DNA from: a bacterium
Lineage (GTDB): Bacteria; Patescibacteriota; Minisyncoccia; Phycocordibacterales; UBA12088
Direction: 5' to 3'
Length of the DNA stretch: 64,000 bases
Assembly (NCBI GenBank): GCA_003252295.1
Contig: QKEV01000008.1
Span: 21,574 to 85,573, forward strand
The first letter of the stretch is position 1; every line of letters begins with the position of its first letter. Of this stretch, positions 56,947 through 64,000 are shown piece after piece. Under the pieces are notes generated by a model that was given only the letters and a program-made list of their open reading frames with translations, was not told the DNA's origin and did no database searches. Position numbers and translations under genes: made by a program.

Positions 56947-59628
56947 ATGTGGATAGTAGACAGAGTTTTAAAAAATAATGTTATTTTAATAATATTAATA
57001 GTTCTTTATTTTTTTAACATGTTTTTTAGAAGAGTTTTAATAAAAAATATCATACAACTGTTTGTGTTGTCTGTTGTTGCCGCTGCTCCAAGTGATTTTT
57101 TATTTGCAGAAGAAATACAGACCATTAAAAGTGATGTATCATTATCGGATGGTTTAGTATCGTATTGGTCAATGGATGAGGAAATTGGTATCAGAAAAGA
57201 CATTGTAGGAGGAAATGATTTAATACCAGAAGGAAACGTGATAGGAATTTCAGCGGTACAAGGATATGGTGCTGATTTTGTAAAGAATAATATTGAATCA
57301 CTGTATGTAGAACATGTTCCTGAATTAGAACCAGGTAGTGATTACAGTATTTCTCTTTGGTACAGACATGATAGTTCTGAATATAATGTTCAAAGTGTAA
57401 TTTCAAAGGATGGTGTGAATCCATTAAAAGGATACACTTTATTTACAGATGATGGTTCTATTTTGTATATGACACATCAGAATATAACCACGTTGCATGG
57501 TCCAACCCTTGAAGTTGGTAAGTGGTATCACATTGTCGCAACACATGATGCTACAAATAATTTAAATTTTCTATACGTAAATAATTCTGCACCTTATACA
57601 GTACCTGGTGGGTATTTGGATTCCGAAGGAGCGACTTTAAGAGTAGGTGGATATAACTATAATACAAATTATTATTCTGACGGTGCAGTTGATGAGTTAG
57701 GTTACTGGAATCGGGTACTTACTCAGGAGGAGGTAGGTCGTTTGTATAACGAAGGTGAAGGTGTGCCATATGATGTTAGTAATGAAGATGTTGACGATGG
57801 GGTGTCGTCTGTAGCTTTTATTCCAGGTATTACAGGTAGTAGGTTATACGTAAATAGTTTATTTGGTGAAGATAAGTTGTGGGAGTCAATACGTTTAGGT
57901 GATTTGAGTGATATTGGTTTTACTAAAGATGGTGTGAGTGAGCGAAATGATGTATATACGAGAGATGTTGTGGAAACACTTCGCCCAGTAGTTGAGTGGT
58001 GGGATTACGCAGAGGGGTATAGTGATTTTATGGAATATCTCAATATCCTTACTCAAGAAGGTTTAATAAATGAATGGGAGGCACTTCCATATGATTGGCG
58101 TATGGCAACCGATAAACTTTTTCACTATGGTGAAAATTTGGGTAATGGAAATATTTCATATCTGACAGGTGAGCAAGATGAACCATACATTATTACTCGA
58201 CTAGAAGAACTTGCAGAAAACTCTCAAACAGGAAAGGTGACTATTGTTGCGCACAGTAATGGTGGTTTAGTAGCGAGAAATCTTTTGAAGTATTTACAAG
58301 ATACAAATCATCCTTTGTTTGAAAAAATTGATAAAGTGATACTTGTTAGTTCACCACTTCTTGGCACCCCTAAAACTATTGGAGAATTATTGCATGGTAC
58401 GACTAATATCGTAGAAGGTGCCACACGGGACGCAATGGAAAATATGCCAGGGGTGTATGGGTTGTTGCCATCGCAAATACTTATGAGTAATTTAAATGAC
58501 CCGGTAGTTGAAGTAGATTATCTTGCTCAAATTGAAAATCCATTTAAGAATTTTTACGATACAAAAATAACAACATATGATGATCTTGTGGCGTTCTTGC
58601 TTGGCGAATTGGCGCCTAGAAATGAACCAGATAGTACTGAGACATGGATGCCAAATATACTTAACAAAACTATTCTAGAGGATGTACGGAGTATGCATAG
58701 TGGTGTCGACAGTCAAGATTTTCCTGAAAATATTGAGGTGGTGTCGATCATAGGAACTGATCTTCCAACCGCTCGTGCTGTTCGATATACAAATTGTCTT
58801 GAGTATCATGTTGCATGTGTGGGAAAGGAGAGCGAGACATTACATGAATGGCTTTTTACTACAAGAGGTGACGGAACAGTTGTTACAACCTCGGCAAAGG
58901 GTGGTGTTGGGGTAGATAAAACAGTGTTTGTTTCACTTACAAAAATTGGTAAGGATGAAGGTGAAAATTATAGACATGCCACCATATTGTCTTCTTTATA
59001 TGTGCAAAATGTGATTAAGAGTGTGCTTTTGGGAATGAGTGATGAAATTGAAGGTGGAACTGAAGGTGTGAATACTGTAAAACGAATAGAACTCAAAGTG
59101 TATTCGCCTGTTGATGTGCATTTCTATAAAGATGATAACCATACCGGTGTGGTTAAAAATGGTGAAGAAAATGATTTTGGTAGGGAGTATGAACAAGAAG
59201 TACCAACATCATACTATCGTGAATGGGGTGAGGTTACTTACTTAGGAACCGAGTTGTATGATGATAATCTGGACATAACTTTTAAAGGGAAAGAAGTGGG
59301 TATGTTCACTTTAACGTTTGATGTGTATTTAGGGGAAGAATTACTTGATTCATATATATTTAAAGATATTCCTGTGAATTCAAAGACGGAAGGTTGGATT
59401 GAATTGACTGAAGGTGGGGAACCAATTTTGCACTATGATGGTGATGGAGATGGGGAAATCGATTTTACATTGAAACCGGATGATAGTATTCCTGATTCAC
59501 TTAGGAAATGGGTAAGAAACAAATTTCGTGTGATAGCAGAACTTATGCAACAAAAAGGAAAAGGTGTTGCAATAGCAATTGAAAGTCAGTTTAGTGAGAT
59601 ATCTCATAAGTTACAAAAAACATATTAA
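56947..59628 (+). CDS. Secreted/membrane-anchored protein: LamG-like (concanavalin-A-like lectin) domain + alpha/beta-hydrolase (lipase/PGAP1-like) domain
   Basis: N-terminal TM/signal. LamG_3-like block (SISLWYRHDSS...GKWYHIVATHDATNNLNFLYVNN). GxSxG nucleophile context IVAHSNGGLVARNLL. Confidence 0.5.
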   Translation: MWIVDRVLKNNVILIILIVLYFFNMFFRRVLIKNIIQLFVLSVVAAAPSDFLFAEEIQTIKSDVSLSDGLVSYWSMDEEIGIRKDIVGGNDLIPEGNVIGISAVQGYGADFVKNNIESLYVEHVPELEPGSDYSISLWYRHDSSEYNVQSVISKDGVNPLKGYTLFTDDGSILYMTHQNITTLHGPTLEVGKWYHIVATHDATNNLNFLYVNNSAPYTVPGGYLDSEGATLRVGGYNYNTNYYSDGAVDELGYWNRVLTQEEVGRLYNEGEGVPYDVSNEDVDDGVSSVAFIPGITGSRLYVNSLFGEDKLWESIRLGDLSDIGFTKDGVSERNDVYTRDVVETLRPVVEWWDYAEGYSDFMEYLNILTQEGLINEWEALPYDWRMATDKLFHYGENLGNGNISYLTGEQDEPYIITRLEELAENSQTGKVTIVAHSNGGLVARNLLKYLQDTNHPLFEKIDKVILVSSPLLGTPKTIGELLHGTTNIVEGATRDAMENMPGVYGLLPSQILMSNLNDPVVEVDYLAQIENPFKNFYDTKITTYDDLVAFLLGELAPRNEPDSTETWMPNILNKTILEDVRSMHSGVDSQDFPENIEVVSIIGTDLPTARAVRYTNCLEYHVACVGKESETLHEWLFTTRGDGTVVTTSAKGGVGVDKTVFVSLTKIGKDEGENYRHATILSSLYVQNVIKSVLLGMSDEIEGGTEGVNTVKRIELKVYSPVDVHFYKDDNHTGVVKNGEENDFGREYEQEVPTSYYREWGEVTYLGTELYDDNLDITFKGKEVGMFTLTFDVYLGEELLDSYIFKDIPVNSKTEGWIELTEGGEPILHYDGDGDGEIDFTLKPDDSIPDSLRKWVRNKFRVIAELMQQKGKGVAIAIESQFSEISHKLQKTY

Positions 59629-59687
59629 AGTATTTGTAAAATTTCTTTATTGAAATAGTTTCTTCATCACGACGATGTTTTTCCAGA

Positions 59688-62012
59688 GTGACAAGTATGT
59701 TACGACGACGGTGTCGTGGTATAGTAGTGACCATGTTAAAAAGCACACTTCGATGGGTAGCTATAGCAGGTATTTTTGCGATACCGGTTATTCTGCCATT
59801 CATCGTTTCTTCGTCAATGTTCTTTCCATTCATTACGGGAAAGAATTTCACTTTTAGAATACTAGTAGAAATAGTTTTAGGAGCGTGGGCGGTACTTGCC
59901 TTCATGGACGCACGATATCGACCCAAGTTCTCTTGGGTACTGGCAACAGTAACCCTGTTTGTTCTCATTATTGGACTTGCTGACTTTACCGGCAGTAATG
60001 TCTTCAAAAGTTTTTGGAGTAACTTTGAACGTATGGAGGGATACATTGCAGTATTGCACCTCTTTGCTTACTTCATAGTGGCTGGAACAGTACTCAGTAC
60101 AGAGAAACTTTGGAAGGTATTCTGGTACGCATCTCTCGGAGCAAGTGTGCTTGTAGCTATCGTTGGTCTTGGTCCTATTTTTGACGACCCAACACACTTT
60201 TACCAAGTGCGAATAGAAGCTCGTTTTGGAAACCCTATCTACCTTGCAGTGTACTCACTCTTCCATGCCTTCATCGCACTCATTCTAGCAGAAAAGTGGC
60301 GCGGGATAGTGTGGCACCGAGTGTTGCTGATAGCGGTTGCAGTACTGCATATGGTCATTGTGGTTCTTACCCAGACTCGTGGTACGACTTTTGGTTTACT
60401 CGGCGGTCTCATGGTTGCTACATTACTCATCGCAATCTTTGAACGGGAACGAAAGGCACTCAGGGTAGGAGCAATTGCCGTACTCTTAGCTGTAGCAACA
60501 CTCGTTGGAACAGGATATGCAATAAAGGATACTAACTACGCAAAGACAACGCCGATTCTTGGCAGGTTCACACAGATAGAGCTCACAACAGGTACGGTAC
60601 ACGCTCGTTTTATGAACTGGGGTATGGCATGGCAGGGAGCAAAGGAACGACCGATACTAGGATGGGGACAGGGTAACTACGAGTATGTGTTCTCAAAATA
60701 CTTTGACCCAGGTATGTATGGTGAAGAGCCATGGTTTGACCGTACACACAACATTTTCTTTGACTGGCTCGTTGCAGCAGGTTTTCTTGGTCTCCTCTCT
60801 TACCTACTCATGCCCGCATCGCTCTTGGTGAGCTTGTGGACAGTAGATAGAGAGAATCTAGAAGGTCGTAAGTGGTCACTGAAAAAGTTACTAAGTTTTG
60901 AAACCATAAAGAACATCTTTGTGAAGCGTGATCATGCGTTTACTCCTACAGAGCGTGCGCTCTGGACAGGGCTTGTGGCTGCATACATGTTCCATAACCT
61001 CTTTGTATTTGATAATATCATCAGCTACATCCTTTTCTTCTCAGTACTTGCATACATTCACTTTAGGGTGACGGAGGATGATAAGTCACTATGGAACGAT
61101 GTAACCATCTCTGAGGAAACAATCACTACAGCGGTAATGCCGGTAACACTCGTCGTCGTTGGACTCTTGATATGGTATATAAATGTTCCAGGTATCAAGA
61201 CATCGCAAGCACTCATTGATGCTCTACAACCTCAAAAGACCCTTCCGACGGGGCAGGTGGTACAGCAGACACCTGAGGATGTGTTAGCTCACTACAAGCG
61301 TGCACTTGACTATGACCAGCTCGGTCGTCAGGAAGTGCGAGAACAAGCTGCACAAATGGCTGCAAACTTCCAACGAAACGAGAATGTGTCACAGGACACT
61401 AAGGTCGCTTTCAAGAATCTTGCGATGGCGGAAATGCAAAAGGAAGTAGACCGTAACCCAAACTCAGCACGTCTTGAACTCTTCATGGCAGCACTCTATG
61501 GCGGTTATGGACAGCTCGATAAGGCAGAGGAAACATTTAAGAGAGTTCTGGAACTTGCGCCAAGAAAACAGATTGTCATGTTCCAGTTAGGTGAGGTGCT
61601 TACTCTTGAAGGTAAAAATGATGAAGCGGTAGAGGTTCTCAAGGAGGCGTATGAAGCTGAGACGGAGTTCAGTGAAGCTGCTTCACGGTATGCTGCTGCT
61701 CTCATACGTGCTGGACGAGACAAGGAAGCTGTCGACTTTATAACAGAACGTTTTGGTGATGTAACATACGACGACGGACGGGTCTTTGGTGCGTGGATGC
61801 AGGCAAAACGTTACGACATTATTGCAGCCATTCTTGAGAACAGGATAGCTGCAAACCCTGATGACCTGCAGCAGTACGTTTCTCTTGCTGTTGCTTACAA
61901 TGAATTGGGAGAGTCAGAAAAGGCTATCGCTATACTTGAAGGTGTAAAGGATGACCACCCAGAGTATACCGATCAGATGGATACATTTATAAAAGAAATT
62001 CGCGGCTGGTAG
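59688..62012 (+). CDS. O-antigen-ligase-like (Wzy_C) polytopic membrane protein with C-terminal TPR repeats
   Basis: About 12 TM helices in the N-terminal 450 aa. The C-terminal ~250 aa are helical repeats (TPR-like). An alternative start is at 59733. Confidence 0.6.
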   Translation: MTSMLRRRCRGIVVTMLKSTLRWVAIAGIFAIPVILPFIVSSSMFFPFITGKNFTFRILVEIVLGAWAVLAFMDARYRPKFSWVLATVTLFVLIIGLADFTGSNVFKSFWSNFERMEGYIAVLHLFAYFIVAGTVLSTEKLWKVFWYASLGASVLVAIVGLGPIFDDPTHFYQVRIEARFGNPIYLAVYSLFHAFIALILAEKWRGIVWHRVLLIAVAVLHMVIVVLTQTRGTTFGLLGGLMVATLLIAIFERERKALRVGAIAVLLAVATLVGTGYAIKDTNYAKTTPILGRFTQIELTTGTVHARFMNWGMAWQGAKERPILGWGQGNYEYVFSKYFDPGMYGEEPWFDRTHNIFFDWLVAAGFLGLLSYLLMPASLLVSLWTVDRENLEGRKWSLKKLLSFETIKNIFVKRDHAFTPTERALWTGLVAAYMFHNLFVFDNIISYILFFSVLAYIHFRVTEDDKSLWNDVTISEETITTAVMPVTLVVVGLLIWYINVPGIKTSQALIDALQPQKTLPTGQVVQQTPEDVLAHYKRALDYDQLGRQEVREQAAQMAANFQRNENVSQDTKVAFKNLAMAEMQKEVDRNPNSARLELFMAALYGGYGQLDKAEETFKRVLELAPRKQIVMFQLGEVLTLEGKNDEAVEVLKEAYEAETEFSEAASRYAAALIRAGRDKEAVDFITERFGDVTYDDGRVFGAWMQAKRYDIIAAILENRIAANPDDLQQYVSLAVAYNELGESEKAIAILEGVKDDHPEYTDQMDTFIKEIRGW

Positions 62013-62046
62013 CAGCAGCGTTTAATAGTAAATAAAAAACGTAGGT

Positions 62047-62313
62047 ATGGCAGAAAAAAAGGCAACAAAAAAAGTAGCAAAAAAGGTTACCGCTAAGAAA
62101 GCTGCACCAAAGCAGGTAAAGAAAGTGGTTGCAAAGGCAAAAAAAGCACCCGTTGATAAGAATGTCCGAAAGATACAGCGACAGGCAAATGGTTCGACAA
62201 CGATAGTGCTTCCAGCTGAACTGCTTCGTGAGTTGAAATGGAAACCAAAGATGAACGTGACAGTTAAAAAGAGGGGTGAAGGTATTTTGATAGAAAAAGT
62301 GAAGACTAAGTAG
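62047..62313 (+). CDS. AbrB/MazE (SpoVT-AbrB swapped-hairpin) DNA-binding protein with N-terminal lysine/alanine-rich histone-H1-like tail
   Basis: The C-terminus QANGSTTIVLPAELLRELKWKPKMNVTVKKRGEGILIE is AbrB-type. The N-terminus is AEKKATKKVAKKVTAKKAAPKQVKKVVAKAKKAP. Confidence 0.55.
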   Translation: MAEKKATKKVAKKVTAKKAAPKQVKKVVAKAKKAPVDKNVRKIQRQANGSTTIVLPAELLRELKWKPKMNVTVKKRGEGILIEKVKTK

Positions 62314-62327
62314 GAAATCAAAAAAAC

Positions 62328-62355
62328 TTGCATTTTTTTCAGACTATGCTATAGT
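62328..62355 (+). promoter_or_regulatory. Sigma70-like promoter (TTGCAT - 16 nt - TATAGT)
   Basis: Near-consensus -35 and -10 hexamers with 16-nt spacing, read directly from the sequence. Confidence 0.4.
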
Positions 62356-62361
62356 AGTCAG

Positions 62362-62424
62362 CGAGTGCCAGAGTGCTACTCTGGAAAAGAAAAACTGCGA
62401 AAGGATCCCGTCAGGGATTTTTTC
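62362..62424 (+). ncRNA. Candidate small RNA (~60 nt) bounded by promoter and intrinsic terminator
   Basis: Internal hairpin CAGAG-tgcta-CTCTG, then terminator GGATCCC-gtca-GGGATTTTTT. There is no ORF. Confidence 0.3.
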
Positions 62425-62584
62425 GTTTCTGGATAAACTTTTTTTACTATTTTCTCCTTTACCAAAAGGATGTAGATGCTATACTCTTTCTATGTTCCTA
62501 GTATGGAGCGTCGCGGCACTCACAAAATTAGTTTTTCTTTGGAGCTCGCACCGACGTTCCATACTGGGTGCATAATGTAACTAT

Positions 62585-63625
62585 ATGGAGATACTCGAGC
62601 ACGTATCAATGTGTGACCATACGACACTTCGCCTCGGCGGGGAAGTGCGTTTTTTTGTATCTATAGCTTCAGTACCAGAGCTTCGGGAAGCACTCGTTTT
62701 TGCCCAAGATAAGAAAATTCCTTTTGTTGTTGTAGGAGGAGGATCTAATGTGCTGTTTGTTGATGATGAATGGAATGGACTTGTGATACATATGAAGCTT
62801 ATGGGGAGAGAGTATGAGGAGGGTAACAAGGGAGATGCAAAAGTGACAGTCGCTGCAGGAGAAATATGGGATCAGTTTGTAGAGGAGACAGTATCACTTG
62901 GGTACTGGGGTATTGAAAACCTTTCACGTATTCCAGGTACGGTGGGTGCAGCGCCGGTACAGAATATTGGTGCGTACGGTGTGGAGGTGGCAGAAGTAAT
63001 CGATTGGGTGGAAGTGTTAAATGCTAAAACTAATGAGCTGCATATCCTTTCGTCGTCAGAGTGTAGGTTTGGTTACCGTGATTCTATCTTTAAACATGAG
63101 GAAGGGAAGGACTACATTATTACTCGTGTATCATTTCGTTTCACTACACAGCCACAACCACGGCTCGAGTACAAGGACCTATACGAGTACTTTGGTGTGC
63201 GTACAGATGTATCGGTAACTGAAGTACGTGAGGCAATAAATAAAATACGAGAAGCAAAATTTCCGTCACTCATGAAGGTGGGTACTGCTGGTTCTTTTTT
63301 CAAAAATCCAATTGTGAGTGAGCAACTCATTGTTGAGATGGAAAAGTGGCTTGATACACCAATACCACACTACACACTGAAAGATGGAACGGTAAAAATT
63401 CCTGCAGGATGGATACTAGAGCGGCTCGGTTGGAAGGGTAAACGTGAGGGTAATGTAGGTTGCTGGGAAAAACATGCACTGCTTTTAGTACACTATGGCG
63501 AAGGTAGCGCCAAAGAATTTCTCAATTTTGTAGAGAAAGTGAAGAAGAGTGTAAAAGAAAAGACAACAATTATACTTGAACCAGAGGTACGTATTGTTGG
63601 TGCTGAAGTGACGACGTCGACATAA
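62585..63625 (+). CDS. murB: UDP-N-acetylenolpyruvoylglucosamine reductase
   Basis: FAD-binding PCMH-type N-terminus (TTLRLGGEVRFFV...VVGGGSNVLF) and MurB C-terminal domain. Confidence 0.85.
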   Translation: MEILEHVSMCDHTTLRLGGEVRFFVSIASVPELREALVFAQDKKIPFVVVGGGSNVLFVDDEWNGLVIHMKLMGREYEEGNKGDAKVTVAAGEIWDQFVEETVSLGYWGIENLSRIPGTVGAAPVQNIGAYGVEVAEVIDWVEVLNAKTNELHILSSSECRFGYRDSIFKHEEGKDYIITRVSFRFTTQPQPRLEYKDLYEYFGVRTDVSVTEVREAINKIREAKFPSLMKVGTAGSFFKNPIVSEQLIVEMEKWLDTPIPHYTLKDGTVKIPAGWILERLGWKGKREGNVGCWEKHALLLVHYGEGSAKEFLNFVEKVKKSVKEKTTIILEPEVRIVGAEVTTST

Positions 63626-63663
63626 AAAAATAACACAAAAAGGTTATCCACATAAAAACTTTC

Positions 63664-63690
63664 TAACTGCTTTTTTTGCAGTTTTTTTAA
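63664..63690 (+). terminator. Intrinsic terminator after murB
   Basis: AACTGC-ttttttt-GCAGTT + TTTTTTT. Confidence 0.55.
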
Positions 63691-63778
63691 ATGATAATAG
63701 TAGTAGCAGGCGACAACAAGTTTTGAAATACAAACTGGTCGACGTCGTTTGTTGTTCTATAGAATAATAAATAGAAGT

Positions 63779-63976
63779 ATGCCAGCAAAGAAGAAGAAAG
63801 CAGCTCCAAAGAAAAAGAAGGCTGCTCCAAAGCGCAAGGCTGCAGCAAAGAAGAAGACAGCTAAGAAGACTACACGTCGTAAGGCTGCTCCAAAGAAGAA
63901 GGTTGCTAAGAAGAAGAAAGCTGCTCCAAAGCGCAAACCAGCTGCAAAGAAGAAAAAGACTACTCGCAAGAAGTAA
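63779..63976 (+). CDS. Histone-H1-like lysine/alanine/proline-rich nucleoid protein
   Basis: MPAKKKKAAPKKKKAAPKRKAAAKKKTAKK... with internal DNA repeats (gctgctccaaagcgcaa occurs twice). The ORF-track start at 63749 is probably an extension. Confidence 0.5.
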   Translation: MPAKKKKAAPKKKKAAPKRKAAAKKKTAKKTTRRKAAPKKKVAKKKKAAPKRKPAAKKKKTTRKK

Positions 63977-64000
63977 TAGCCCTTTTGTTCTTTTCAGAAA

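Noticed and set aside
63757-63969. Minus-strand ORF 70 aa (F/A-rich) opposite the H1-like gene
   Set aside because: Mirror-frame artefact of an AAG/GCT-rich sequence. The + strand lysine-rich reading is more plausible.
1-64000. CRISPR array or cas genes
   Set aside because: No regularly spaced direct repeats were seen. The only short repeats are coding tandem repeats and tRNA-associated duplications.

Overview
The window is a 64-kb chromosomal segment with the look of a small-genome bacterium, most likely from the Candidate Phyla Radiation / Patescibacteria. That attribution is an inference from gene content, not a database result. The cues are many GT4 glycosyltransferases, DUF2207, a lamin-tail-domain protein, a pilin-like C-terminal anchor, lysine-rich histone-like proteins and minimal murein genes.

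The first ~28 kb carries housekeeping genes (valS, tsaD, murD, murC, rsmI, tRNA-Phe, tRNA-Val) mixed with secreted and membrane proteins. These include an Hsp20, a PrsW-like protease, an S8 subtilase with an unusual C-terminus, a sensor kinase plus receiver-only regulator, an S9 peptidase and DUF2207. A TraG/VirD4/HerA-like ATPase sits next to a lamin-tail-domain protein.

From ~28 kb to ~62 kb the window is one very large surface-glycan locus, with murB and two lysine-rich histone-like genes at its far end. It holds about 10 glycosyltransferases (GT4, GT2), 2 SDR epimerases, 2 SAM methyltransferases, an FkbM methyltransferase, a Wzx flippase, YvcK and an O-antigen-ligase-like protein with TPR repeats.

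Inside this locus sit two visibly AT-richer islands. They carry a duplicated GtrA / FAD-oxidoreductase / GT-C module (one copy as a GtrA::oxidoreductase fusion), a GT2 polyprenyl-phosphate glycosyltransferase, and a sulfation module. The sulfation module is a sulfotransferase, a CysQ-like PAP phosphatase and a frameshifted APS-kinase (cysC) pseudogene.

The sugar-lipid modification and sulfation cassette is the most distinctive candidate 'system' here. It is lipid-linked and was probably horizontally acquired.

Other points of interest are tRNA-associated repeat scars, a small promoter-plus-terminator sRNA candidate, and a kinase plus (p)ppGpp-hydrolase-like HD pair embedded in the glycan locus. 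No CRISPR array or rRNA gene is present.
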